A DNA stretch of 32,000 nucleotides from Trichodesmium erythraeum IMS101. GTDB lineage: Bacteria > Cyanobacteriota > Cyanobacteriia > Cyanobacteriales > Microcoleaceae. The notes under the pieces were generated by a model that saw nothing but the letters and a program-made list of their open reading frames with translations, was not told the DNA's origin and searched no databases. The stretch covers positions 6,180,001-6,212,000 of the forward strand of contig NC_008312.1 in assembly GCF_000014265.1 (NCBI RefSeq). The letters are read 5' to 3'. The first letter of the stretch is position 1; every line of letters begins with the position of its first letter. Below, piece by piece: positions 8,150 through 17,544 of the stretch. Position numbers and translations under genes: made by a program.

Positions 8150-9205
8150 TTATTTTCTACTTATAAGTAAATAAGTTTTCATCATACCTTTTCCTTTAAC
8201 ATTAATAATCCCTCGTTCCTGAAAAATATACTTATTAGCTAGACAACCATAAGTATCCTCAGTCACTTGAATAACACCAGGAATACCATGAGACTCCATA
8301 CGATGAGCTGTATTTACCGTATCTCCCCAAAGGTCATAAGCAAACTTTTTTGTCCCAATAACTCCTGCTTCTACCGCTCCAGTATTAAGGCCAATGCGAA
8401 TTTGTAAAGATTTTTCTTGGCTTTCAGAAATTTGCTTGACTTGGTACAACATATCTAAAGCCATTTCCGCGATCGCTTCTGCATGGTCCTTTCTCAGAGT
8501 AGGAAGGCCACCTACAACCATATAAGCATCACCAATAGTTTTGATTTTCTCAAGTCCATACTTATCTGCCAACTGATCAAAACAAGAAAAAATCATGTTG
8601 AGTAACTCTACCAATTCAGCAGGAGATAAATTAGCCGAAACCTTAGTAAAACCAACTAAATCAGCAAATAAAACAGTTACCTCACTAAAGCTATCCGCGA
8701 TAGTTTTTTCTCCCTGTTTTAATCTTTGAGCGATTGGTGCTGGTAATATATTTAATAGTAACTTCTCTGACTTTTCTTGTTCCTCAGCTAGTTGCTTTAT
8801 ATAAGCTTGTTCCTGGTCTCGAAGTCGTTTCTTTTCTAGACAAGCATTAATTCTAGCCTTAAGCAATATAGGATTAAAGGGTTTAGACAAATAATCTTCA
8901 GCTCCCAATTCGATGCAACGGACTATACTATCAATGTCGTCCACTGCAGAAATCATTATTACTGGGATATGACGTAATGCTGGATCAGCCTTAAGAGTTT
9001 CGAGAACTTGATAACCATTCATTTGTGGCATCATAATATCTAATAGTACCAGATCAAATGAGTGATTTCTCACCATTTCTAAAGCTTGAAATCCATCAGA
9101 TGCAGAACTTATCATATGTCCTTGTCTTTTAACTCGACGAGCTAAAAGGTCACGGTTAAATTGATTATCATCTACAACTAACACATTACCCCGATCATTT
9201 TTCAT
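8150..9205 (-). CDS. Response-regulator receiver fused to a class III adenylate/guanylate cyclase
   Basis: The N-terminal receiver has VLVVDD and the phospho-acceptor context DLVLLDIMMPQMNG. The C-terminal cyclase motifs are VTVLFADLVGFT, GDAYMVVGG and GDTVNTAHRMES. There is an ATGA overlap with the upstream RR gene. Confidence 0.9.
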   Translation of the reverse strand: MKNDRGNVLVVDDNQFNRDLLARRVKRQGHMISSASDGFQALEMVRNHSFDLVLLDIMMPQMNGYQVLETLKADPALRHIPVIMISAVDDIDSIVRCIELGAEDYLSKPFNPILLKARINACLEKKRLRDQEQAYIKQLAEEQEKSEKLLLNILPAPIAQRLKQGEKTIADSFSEVTVLFADLVGFTKVSANLSPAELVELLNMIFSCFDQLADKYGLEKIKTIGDAYMVVGGLPTLRKDHAEAIAEMALDMLYQVKQISESQEKSLQIRIGLNTGAVEAGVIGTKKFAYDLWGDTVNTAHRMESHGIPGVIQVTEDTYGCLANKYIFQERGIINVKGKGMMKTYLLISRK

Positions 9206-9600
9206 TGCCTTGGCTTTTTATCTATAAGATTGTTGATCTTTTCTAATAATCTGGGAAATTCTACTGGCTTTGTATCATAATCATCACATCCAGCTTGTAA
9301 ACATTTTTCTCGGTCTCCTGTCATAGCATGAGCTGTTATTGCTATTACCGGAATATCCTTAGTTTGTTGGTTAGCTTTAATCTTCTTAGTTGCTTCCCAC
9401 CCGTCGAGCTCAGGCAAACTCATATCCATGAGAATTATATCTGGTATTTCTGATATGGACATTTCTACACCTTCCACACCATTAATAGCAATAACTACTT
9501 CAAATTTTTTACGAATCAGACGTCTAGACAACATATCCCGGTTCATCTCATTGTCTTCAACTAAGAGAATTTTAACCATACCTATTGTTCTACCTTTCAA
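9202..9600 (-). CDS. Single-domain CheY-like response regulator
   Basis: 132 aa with ILLVEDNEMNRD, DIILMDMSLPELDG, PVIAITAHAM and DDYDTKP, which are typical receiver-domain motifs. Confidence 0.9.
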   Translation of the reverse strand: MKGRTIGMVKILLVEDNEMNRDMLSRRLIRKKFEVVIAINGVEGVEMSISEIPDIILMDMSLPELDGWEATKKIKANQQTKDIPVIAITAHAMTGDREKCLQAGCDDYDTKPVEFPRLLEKINNLIDKKPRQ

Positions 9601-9731
9601 TGAGACAATTTTGGGGTTTCATCTTTTATAGAGATTTTATCTAGTATTCCTGAATTTAGGAATTAGTTAATAGTTAATAATATCTGAATAAGAAAGTTAC
9701 GGCCCCAGGAAGGTAGCTGATAACTGAATGC

Positions 9732-10838
9732 TTATATTACAGGGGGTAAATTATGCTCGCCATTACTGGTAATAATAGATTGGATATTTTCGGCTTCTAA
9801 CTTGGGTTTCAAATATAAATTTTCTACTAGAGCAGCAGCGCCAGCAAACCAAGGTGGAATAATCAAAGCACCAATAATTCCTAATAACTGAACTCCTACT
9901 AGAACCGATAATAATTGATATAAAGGATGTACTCCAACAGAAGAACCTACCAGTAAAGGATCGAGTATATAAGTCTCTATATTTTGGATAATATAGTACA
10001 AAATTATTACCCATAAAAACAACCATCCCCCTTTAGCAATAGCAACAATTAAGGCTGGAACTGCACCAAGAATTGGGCCGATAAAAGGAATCAGGTTTGT
10101 CACAGCAGCTATTGCTCCTAAGCCTAGGGAAAAATCTTGCAATCCTAAAAATCCTAAACCAGTAGTTGTTGCTAGACCTAAAATAGCAGAAACAATAATT
10201 CTACCTCTAATGTAACCTCCCATTCTTTTAGTTACAGGAATAACTTGATCTTCCAGACGTTTATCCCAAGGTTGAGGAAAAAGTTTGACTATACTGGTAA
10301 TTAAAGTTTGACTATCAGATACCATATAGCCTGAAATAAATAAAGCCAATATTAAACTAACTATGCTTCCCAATACACCTTTAGTTAAACTATAGGAACG
10401 TAATAAAAGTTGTTGACTAGAACTAATTACCCAACTTGTGACAGATTTAGTATCAAAAAGTTGATTAATCCAATCAGGGGGATTTTGAGTTAAAGAACTA
10501 ACAAAATTTTCAAAATTATCGCTGATACTCTTAGAAAATAATGGCAATTGTCGTAAAAGCCTTTCAATTTGCTCAAAAACTTGTGGGCCAATAATTAAGA
10601 CTACACTGATCAATCCAGAAATTAGAGTTAAATAGACAATAACTACCCCTAACCAACGAGGCAATCTAATTCTTTCTGTTAAATTTACTAATGGTGAAAT
10701 TGATGCTGCTAAAATTACTGCAATCATCAACAGTACTATCAGACTTCGCACTTGCCATAAAATAATTAATAGTAAAAAACTACTAATAATTAACAGTAGG
10801 TTAGAGATAGAAATAGAAATCCTTTGTTCAGGTTTCAT
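9732..10838 (-). CDS. AI-2E family (PerM/UPF0118) transporter
   Basis: 368-aa polytopic membrane protein with the characteristic C-terminal motif region NLIPFIGPILGAVPALIVA. Confidence 0.85.
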   Translation of the reverse strand: MKPEQRISISISNLLLIISSFLLLIILWQVRSLIVLLMIAVILAASISPLVNLTERIRLPRWLGVVIVYLTLISGLISVVLIIGPQVFEQIERLLRQLPLFSKSISDNFENFVSSLTQNPPDWINQLFDTKSVTSWVISSSQQLLLRSYSLTKGVLGSIVSLILALFISGYMVSDSQTLITSIVKLFPQPWDKRLEDQVIPVTKRMGGYIRGRIIVSAILGLATTTGLGFLGLQDFSLGLGAIAAVTNLIPFIGPILGAVPALIVAIAKGGWLFLWVIILYYIIQNIETYILDPLLVGSSVGVHPLYQLLSVLVGVQLLGIIGALIIPPWFAGAAALVENLYLKPKLEAENIQSIITSNGEHNLPPVI

Positions 10839-11033
10839 AGAAGCTACTTAAATAGGTTATCAACTCAAGGCTAAAAGCTAACATTTTTTGTTCTTTGCAG
10901 TTTTTCCCAAAATGAATTTTAAACTAACTAGTTATATTAATCAACTGCTAAATAACAAAATTAGCCACTAGTATTTTGGGGAGAGTTTCTATTCCCTATT
11001 TCCTGCATCTACATACTTAACCGAAATACTTAC

Positions 11034-12503
11034 TTAATTCCGATGCCAATTTGTTAGACCACCAGATTTATCTATTAGTTTAATACCTTGGCTTTGGAGT
11101 TCATTTCTAATGCGGTCTGCTTCCGAATAATTCTTAGCTTTTTTTGCTTCTAAACGTTGCTGAATTAAAGACTCAATTTCAATATTACTCAAGCCTTCAG
11201 ATATATTGCTAACTTGTTCTTCTATTTTAACTTCTAAGCCTAATACTTGTGATAAGCTTACCAGGGTTACCCATTGTTTTTTTAACTCTTCTAAAGATGT
11301 TTCAGTTTTCCCTTCATGTATGAGGACATTACCCTCTCGACGTAAATCTTTAGCTAATTCAAATAAAATAGCTAAAGCAGCAGGAGTATTAATATCATCA
11401 TCCATTGCTTTCTGAAATTTTTCCAGATAAGAAGTTAATAACAATGTCTGATCAGATAAATTTTTTGCGGGCATTTCCCATCCCAACTTAGGACCATATT
11501 GATAAGGGAATAATATACCTTCCTTAATAGTATTCCAACCATTTTTGGCAGAAGCGATCGCCTCTTCAGTAAAATCAATAGGTTTACGATATTGAGCAGT
11601 TAAAACAAACATTCTTAAAGCCATTGGGTCTACAGGTTGATCCAATAAATCCCGAATCGTAGTAAAATTACCCAAAGACTTTGACATTTTTTCTCCATTG
11701 ATAGTAACAAAACCATTATGGAGCCAATATCTAGCTAAAATTTTTCCCGTAGAAGCTTCCGACTGAGCAATTTCATTTTCATGGTGAGGAAAAATTAAAT
11801 CTGCCCCCCCAGCATGAATATCAATAGTTTCCCCTAAACAATCTTGCACCATTGCCGAACATTCAATATGCCAACCTGGTCTTCCTTTTCCCCAAGGAGA
11901 GTCCCATGCAGGTTCCCCAGTTTTTGCCGCTTTCCATAGAGCAAAATCAAATGGGTCTTTCTTTTTGGCAGTTTCTAAATCTTCTGAGTCTACCCTACCA
12001 CTTGCGCCAGCTTGCATTTCTTCTAAACGACGGCCTGAGAGTTTCCCATATTGGGAAAATTCCCGCACCTGATAATATACATCTCCTCCAGAAGAGTAAG
12101 CAAAACCTTTTTTTTCTAAATCATGGATTAAATTCTGAATTCTATCTATATTCTGAGTAGCCCGAGGATATTCATCTGCTTCTAAGACATTTAAGCGCTT
12201 CATGTCCTCAAAGTATGCTTCCGTGAAACGCTTGGCCACCGAATCCATAGAACTTCCTGTTTCTCTAGCCCGCTTAAGAATCTTATCATCTATATCAGTA
12301 AAATTTTGTACATACCGTACTTGATAGCCTTGCCATATTAGATACCGGCGCATTGTATCCCATGCAATATAGGAACGAGCATGACCTAAATGGCAATAGT
12401 CGTATACTGTAACACCACAGACATACATTTTAATTATGTTTGGTTCTAAGGGTTCAAAGGTTTCTTCTTGACGGGTCAGTGAATTGTATAGTTTCAGAGC
12501 CAT
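11034..12503 (-). CDS. cysS: Cysteine--tRNA ligase
   Basis: Class I aaRS signatures: HIGH-type CHLGHARSY, KMSKS, and the WHIECS zinc/cysteine-binding region. Length 489 aa. Confidence 0.97.
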   Translation of the reverse strand: MALKLYNSLTRQEETFEPLEPNIIKMYVCGVTVYDYCHLGHARSYIAWDTMRRYLIWQGYQVRYVQNFTDIDDKILKRARETGSSMDSVAKRFTEAYFEDMKRLNVLEADEYPRATQNIDRIQNLIHDLEKKGFAYSSGGDVYYQVREFSQYGKLSGRRLEEMQAGASGRVDSEDLETAKKKDPFDFALWKAAKTGEPAWDSPWGKGRPGWHIECSAMVQDCLGETIDIHAGGADLIFPHHENEIAQSEASTGKILARYWLHNGFVTINGEKMSKSLGNFTTIRDLLDQPVDPMALRMFVLTAQYRKPIDFTEEAIASAKNGWNTIKEGILFPYQYGPKLGWEMPAKNLSDQTLLLTSYLEKFQKAMDDDINTPAALAILFELAKDLRREGNVLIHEGKTETSLEELKKQWVTLVSLSQVLGLEVKIEEQVSNISEGLSNIEIESLIQQRLEAKKAKNYSEADRIRNELQSQGIKLIDKSGGLTNWHRN

Positions 12504-12981
12504 AAATTAATTGATCCTAGTTTTTTCTAGTTCTAGTTATAAGGAGAATAGATTTTATAATTATTCAGCTATCCAAAGCCTCCTGTGTCGGAACTTTCCC
12601 ATTGAGCTATGAATTATTAACTGATTATTACACTGAAGAAGGAGTTAGTCTCCAAGCATAATTATAATTTATGTTTTCCCAGCATTACCCAGGAAGTTAA
12701 GTTAGTTATGAATCTAATCTTAGTAATTACTTGATTCCTATTTTAGAATTTCAAGTTAAATACTTATGTTTTTAGTCTTAAAAATATTTTTTTTCCTGAG
12801 GTAGTGATATAATGTAATAAATTTATTGTACCATCAGGCCATAAATTTATTTTGTTTATTTATGTCAGTTAAGCTCAATACTTCATCCTTTCTTTTCCTA
12901 TTGCCTCAACTTTAATAATACTGATTATACAACATTTAATAGGAGAAATTAATAAAAATATCAACATCAAAAAATTAGTTA

Positions 12982-15567
12982 ATGATAGATAAAATATCTT
13001 CTGCTACAGATGACTATCTGCCAGAAAAACCATCTTTAACAAGTGGGTTAATTGCTCTGAGAAAAAAAGATTATTTACAGGCGATCGCTATCCTAGAAAT
13101 AATTGCTCAACAAGAATCTATTCAGGAAAAATTAAAAGCTCAGATGGTCTTAGTCATTGCTTATGAAAAAACTAAACAAGTAGATAATTCTATTTCTTTG
13201 TGTCGTAATCTTACTCAAAGTTCTGATAGTAAAATTAAAATTTTTGCTAATCGTCATCTCAAAGAATTATTAAAGCGATATCCACCCAAAAACTTTAAAA
13301 AATCAACATTTCCAGAATCTACAAATTTAGAAAAATCTCCCCAGAATCAACAAAATATTGAAACAGGATTTATTCCTTTTAATTCTATTTCAGATCAACA
13401 TAAGTTTGCCAAAAATAGTAATAATATATCTAAAAAAAATATTGATTTATTTCTAGAAACTGATTCTCAACAAATATCAAAAACAACAAATAACTTCCCA
13501 GAAAATTATAGTAAAACTTCAGATTATGTACAGCATTCCCAATTAAATAAAAATGATATAGAGGCAGTTCAAAATCAATCACCTGCTTTATCAAGCATAG
13601 TTAACCAGTCAAATTCAAAAACTACAAATGAATTCCATCAAACATCAATAGAGAAAACTTCAGACAAACCAGAAAATTCACCTATATTGACATGGCGTGA
13701 AGCAGGAAGAACAAAAGGAGGTCGTCGCCTTAAAACTCCTAATTTAACTTTTTTATGGCTAGAACAAATAGTGGTATTTATTGTTCTATTTTTCCTAAGT
13801 CTTACCATACTAAAGTTCAGCTTAGATGTAATAAATGATTTGCTAGTTTGGCTGCCTTATTTCCGACCAATTCAAATTTTTTACCGAGACCCTACTAAAA
13901 GCTTTATTATTTTTATAGCAGTATTATTTGTCTTTTTCCCCTGGTTAATAGATGGATTATTGAGCCTTGGTTATAAATCAAAATTTTTACCAAAAACAAC
14001 CTTGATGAATTACAGCAAAGAGGCTAATAGATTGTTGCGTAGCTTCTCTCAAAAACAAAAAATACGGGAAATTAAATTAAAAGTTTTACCCATAGATGTT
14101 CCTATAGCATTCAGTTATGGATGGTTTCTTCGTTGTTTCAGACTTAGAATAGTTGTTAGCCAAGGATTGTTAGATAAATTAGCAGAAGATGAAATTGCTA
14201 CTATTTATGCTAGAGAAATTAGTCATGTTAAAAATGGAACTTTATGGTTAATGTCTATGGCTAATCTGATGCTTCAAATTCCATATACTATCTATTGGAA
14301 ATTAACTTTTTGGGCTGATTGGATATGGGATTTAATAATATATCAATTACCTGATTTTTTGCCAGGATTTATCAAATATTTTTTGAGGGTTTTAGTTGTA
14401 GTTTTGAGGATATTCGCCGCTATCATTTCAAGTATTAGTTATGGTTTATATTGGTTGTTAAAATTTCCCATATTATGGTTTTCTCGTCGGCGAGTTTATT
14501 ATAGCGATCGCCTAGCTTGCAATTTAACTGGTAATCCTAATGGTCTCACACGAGCTATTCTAAAAATTACAATTGGTATGGCTAATGATGTGGAAAATCA
14601 AGGCAAAGTTAGGAATTTATTAGAGAGTTTTGAAATATTAATGCCAGTGGCAATAAAGCAAGCTATTACTGCTGGTAGTGTGGTTTCAGACAGTAGTTTG
14701 GTATCTACTTTTAACTGGGATATTGTTAACCCATATCGTCGATGGTTAGAGATTAATAATAGTCATCCAATGCTAGGTGATCGCTTAAAAAGATTAGGTT
14801 CATATGCTAATTTATGGAAACTAGAAACAGAGTTAAATTTAGGAAATATAAATACTGATGTAACTATGAAAAACCAATTAAGTGGTACAAAAGAAAATCA
14901 AATTTCCATTCCACAAAATCTTGATTGGCAAAAATTGTTGCTTCAGGGAGCCCCATTTTTTGGTATATTAATAGGCCTAGGTTTTGCTATTTTTTTGTGG
15001 TTAATAGGTATAGTTTCATCTGCTATTGGTTTTTGGCGTTTAGATTGGTTATTTGGAGATATCTCCATTTTAGTTAGTTGTTTAGCTATGGGTTTTAGTA
15101 TTGGTATTTTGATAAGAATTAATCGTTTTTTTCCTGATGTAAAGCTAACTAAGCTGTTGCTAAATCCTGATTTATCAGAACTGTTAAGTGATCTAAAAGC
15201 TTTGCCATTAGATAGTCAAACAATTCAGTTAAAAGGCCAACTTCTTGGAAAAAGCGGAATGAGTAATTGGTTGGGACAAGATTTGATTCTACAAACAACA
15301 AGGGGTCTGGTCAAGTTGCATTATTCTAATCAATTGGGGCCTCTTGGTAACTTATGGCCTAAAATAAATCGCCCCGCTGATTTTGTTGGTAAGTCTATAA
15401 CTGTAACTGGTTGGTGGAGGCGAGGAGCTACTCCTTGGATAGACATTAATACTCTGAAAACCGAAAATGGTCAATTTATTAACAGTGGTCATCCTCTATG
15501 GTCAACAATTGTAGCTTTTTCTTTTGCTATATGGGGAGCTTATATGGTATTGATAGGGGGATTTTAA
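12982..15567 (+). CDS. Large polytopic M48 (HtpX/Ste24)-like membrane protein with degenerate metal-binding motifs (probable pseudoprotease)
   Basis: The core aligns to HtpX (IAFSYG...VVSQGLLDKLAEDEIATIYAREISHVKNG), but HExxH reads REISH and the SRxxE..AD motif reads SRRRVYYSD. It has a TPR-like and N/S/Q-rich N-terminus and several extra TM helices. Confidence 0.8.
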   Translation: MIDKISSATDDYLPEKPSLTSGLIALRKKDYLQAIAILEIIAQQESIQEKLKAQMVLVIAYEKTKQVDNSISLCRNLTQSSDSKIKIFANRHLKELLKRYPPKNFKKSTFPESTNLEKSPQNQQNIETGFIPFNSISDQHKFAKNSNNISKKNIDLFLETDSQQISKTTNNFPENYSKTSDYVQHSQLNKNDIEAVQNQSPALSSIVNQSNSKTTNEFHQTSIEKTSDKPENSPILTWREAGRTKGGRRLKTPNLTFLWLEQIVVFIVLFFLSLTILKFSLDVINDLLVWLPYFRPIQIFYRDPTKSFIIFIAVLFVFFPWLIDGLLSLGYKSKFLPKTTLMNYSKEANRLLRSFSQKQKIREIKLKVLPIDVPIAFSYGWFLRCFRLRIVVSQGLLDKLAEDEIATIYAREISHVKNGTLWLMSMANLMLQIPYTIYWKLTFWADWIWDLIIYQLPDFLPGFIKYFLRVLVVVLRIFAAIISSISYGLYWLLKFPILWFSRRRVYYSDRLACNLTGNPNGLTRAILKITIGMANDVENQGKVRNLLESFEILMPVAIKQAITAGSVVSDSSLVSTFNWDIVNPYRRWLEINNSHPMLGDRLKRLGSYANLWKLETELNLGNINTDVTMKNQLSGTKENQISIPQNLDWQKLLLQGAPFFGILIGLGFAIFLWLIGIVSSAIGFWRLDWLFGDISILVSCLAMGFSIGILIRINRFFPDVKLTKLLLNPDLSELLSDLKALPLDSQTIQLKGQLLGKSGMSNWLGQDLILQTTRGLVKLHYSNQLGPLGNLWPKINRPADFVGKSITVTGWWRRGATPWIDINTLKTENGQFINSGHPLWSTIVAFSFAIWGAYMVLIGGF

Positions 15568-15798
15568 TTATCAGATTATATAAAAAAGTTGTAGAAACAC
15601 CAGATAGTCAAATCAAGTTTCCTACTGAATTTTATTGACACAAGCTTCTGGTAGCAATGGTCAGATAAGATTACTTTAGTAGCCTAGAAGTATATTCGTG
15701 AGCTGTGTTCTGAGTGATGAGCTCTGAATTCTCAGTACTTCCCGGATAGTTTTTCAGCACACCCTAAAATAGTTAAATTTAAGAAAAATATGTAGATA

Positions 15799-15827
15799 TT
15801 GACTTAGGATTATGATAAGTTTATAAT
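15799..15827 (+). promoter_or_regulatory. Near-consensus orphan promoter TTGACT - 17 nt - TATAAT
   Basis: TTGACT at 15799-15804, an exact 17-nt spacer, and TATAAT at 15822-15827. The nearest plus-strand CDS (rbp) is ~800 nt downstream, beyond the duplicated leader. Confidence 0.35.
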
Positions 15828-16351
15828 AGCGATGAAGTGACTAGCCTGTTAAACATAAGGTAAAGATAAGCTGTAAATATTTCCAGTTTAGTTGAAAAAT
15901 AAGTCAAATATTATGATTAAAGTTTTTGTCCTTAAATATTAGGAAGTATACATGAAATTAATATCATATCAGTAATTGGGTTGTTTGAGTTTAGCAGGCT
16001 TTAAAGTTATATTCAAAATTTGGGTGATAAGCTTTCAGTAAACCAATATCAAAAAAAAGTAATTGATAAATACCTATAGTTTTATTTGTTCAGTGATGAG
16101 CAATAATTTCCATGAAAAACCTGAGAAAATAAAATTATCTGCCAGAGTTGACCACATAGGGGACATGGCAAATAATTTTATCTGTAATGAAGGTGAATAT
16201 AGGTGTTTGTCAAAGTTCTTCACATTCCGAACCCTGGAGCAGTTCTTTTTTGATTCTGCTCTTGTTTTGTGCTCGCTCAATCTAAGTTTACGAAGTTTTC
16301 GTTTTTGATAATAAAAACCAAGTAAGATTAAAAATTTGGAGGAATTTTCCT

Positions 16352-16486
16352 GTATCAATTCGTTTGTATATTGGTAATTTGTCTAAAGGGGTAATGGAAC
16401 GTCAAGAACTGCAAGACGTTTTTCAGGAAGAAGGTGATAGTGTCACCACTAAATTGATCACAGATCGTAAAACTGGTAAATGGTGA
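16352..16486 (+). pseudogene. Truncated upstream copy of the rbp 5' coding region, start codon destroyed (ATG to GTA)
   Basis: It reads VSIRLYIGNLSKGVMERQELQDVFQEEGDSVTTKLITDRKTGKW*, compared with MSIRLYIGNLPKEVMERQ...TGKCRGFGF in the intact gene. It ends at the duplication junction. Confidence 0.75.
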
Positions 16487-16526
16487 ATATAGCTATTTCT
16501 CAAAGTTCTTTACATTTCCAACTATG

Positions 16527-16550
16527 GAGCAGTTTTTTTTGATTCTGCTC
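16527..16550 (+). promoter_or_regulatory. Conserved 5'-leader hairpin of rbp (GAGCAG - 12 nt U-rich loop - CTGCTC)
   Basis: A perfect 6-bp stem is present in both duplicated leaders (also at 16237-16261) despite substitutions around it. It lies ~90 nt upstream of the rbp ATG. Confidence 0.35.
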
Positions 16551-16640
16551 TTGTTTTGTGCTCAGTCAATTTAAGTTGACTAAGTTTTCGTTTTTGATAA
16601 TAAAAACCAAGTAAAATTAAAAGTTCGGAGGAATTTTCCT

Positions 16641-17117
16641 ATGTCAATTCGTTTGTATATTGGTAATTTGCCTAAAGAGGTAATGGAACGTCAAGAACTG
16701 CAAGACGTTTTTCAGGAAGAAGGTGATAGTGTCACCACTAAATTGATCACAGACCGTAAAACTGGTAAATGTCGTGGCTTTGGCTTTGTAACAGTCAAAA
16801 ATGATGAGCAAGCTGACCAAATTATTGAAAAGTATAATGGTTTTCAGTTTAGAGAGACTCCTTTAAAGATTGAAAAAGCCTTGCCTCGCTCTAAAAATAA
16901 AACTGAGTCGGAAAATACTGAGGCTGAAACACCTAAAACAGTTAGTAAAAACAACCCTAGTAAGAGTAAAAAGTCTCGTCGTGATAAAGATAAAGGAGGA
17001 GTATCTAAGACTTCTAGTGGTTCTTCTAATAGTAATGAATCAGTCCAACCTGATCCTCGTTGGGCTGATGCTTTAGCTGAGTTAAAGCAACGTTTGGCAG
17101 CTAGCACTAATTCTTAG
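16641..17117 (+). CDS. RRM-type RNA-binding protein with a long Ser/Lys-rich tail and C-terminal PDPRW motif
   Basis: RNP2 is LYIGNL and RNP1 is CRGFGFVT. GGAGG lies 9-10 nt upstream of the ATG. There is no Gly-rich tail. The C-terminal PDPRWADALAELKQRL resembles the non-glycine-rich class of cyanobacterial Rbp proteins. Confidence 0.92.
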   Translation: MSIRLYIGNLPKEVMERQELQDVFQEEGDSVTTKLITDRKTGKCRGFGFVTVKNDEQADQIIEKYNGFQFRETPLKIEKALPRSKNKTESENTEAETPKTVSKNNPSKSKKSRRDKDKGGVSKTSSGSSNSNESVQPDPRWADALAELKQRLAASTNS

Positions 17118-17544
17118 GAATCAGTTGCATAAACTCAAAAATATTGTCAAACTGACATCATTAGACTTGTCGCTTTATAACTTAAAAAATCACCAAAAAC
17201 TAAGTTCAGTAAAGATTGTAGCTATTGGGAAATAAAAAAATTGAAATTATTGCTCTGTCTAGGTTGGAGCGATTTTTTCCCTCTATTTAGCGACAACTCT
17301 ATTGTAGATATCCTTTTGTAACCATTTCTATACCTAAATAGGTAGAAAAAATTATTTGTGTATTTAAAGATTGTATATGTATATAAATCCAGAATAGATA
17401 AGCCAGAAGATTATCCTTATGGTTATGGAGAATTGAAAAAATAGTACCACTATTAAAAGTTAGGAAAAAGAACTGAGATAGTAAGTTTTTGTGCAACTAT
17501 AAATCAATTAAAAATGTTGGCCTATTTAACATTTACACCGAAGT

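Larger units (their letters stand above)
16192..16771. repeat. Tandem duplication (2 x ~290 bp) of the rbp leader plus the first ~43 codons
   Basis: Unit 1 is 16192-16481 and unit 2 is 16482-16771. Both begin ggtgaatata and end actggtaaat. They share long identical strings (ggagcagtt...gattctgctcttgttttgtgctc, gttttcgtttttgataataaaaaccaagtaa, ggaggaattttcct). Confidence 0.9.

Noticed and set aside
9428-12160. ORFs 9428-9631(+), 9763-10026(-), 11206-11415(+), 11852-12160(+)
   Set aside because: Each lies inside and antisense to, or out of frame with, a strongly supported gene (response regulator, AI-2E transporter, cysS). No independent signals support them.
12565-12625. tRNA-like string (reverse complement TAGCTCAATGGGAAAGTTCCGACACAGGAGGC) upstream of cysS
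   Set aside because: It resembles a D-arm, but the D-stem does not close (GCTC versus GTTC). No acceptor stem, anticodon arm or T-arm can be drawn. It is not a tRNA.
15700-15740. Hammerhead-ribozyme-like TGATGAG core within CTGAGTGATGAGCTCTGAATTCTCAG
   Set aside because: It lacks the required C of CUGAUGA, has no GAAA box and no three-stem junction. It is only a 5-bp CTGAG/CTCAG hairpin.
16063-16358. Overlapping 81-aa (+) and 94-aa (-) ORFs upstream of rbp
   Set aside because: They overlap each other and the duplicated rbp leader, and they have no RBS or homology. The region is better explained as non-coding leader and duplication.
16844-17496. ORFs 16844-17107(-), 16870-17076(+), 17299-17496(-)
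   Set aside because: The first two are alternative frames inside the rbp Ser/Lys-rich tail. The third is an AT-rich intergenic ORF without an RBS or recognisable similarity.
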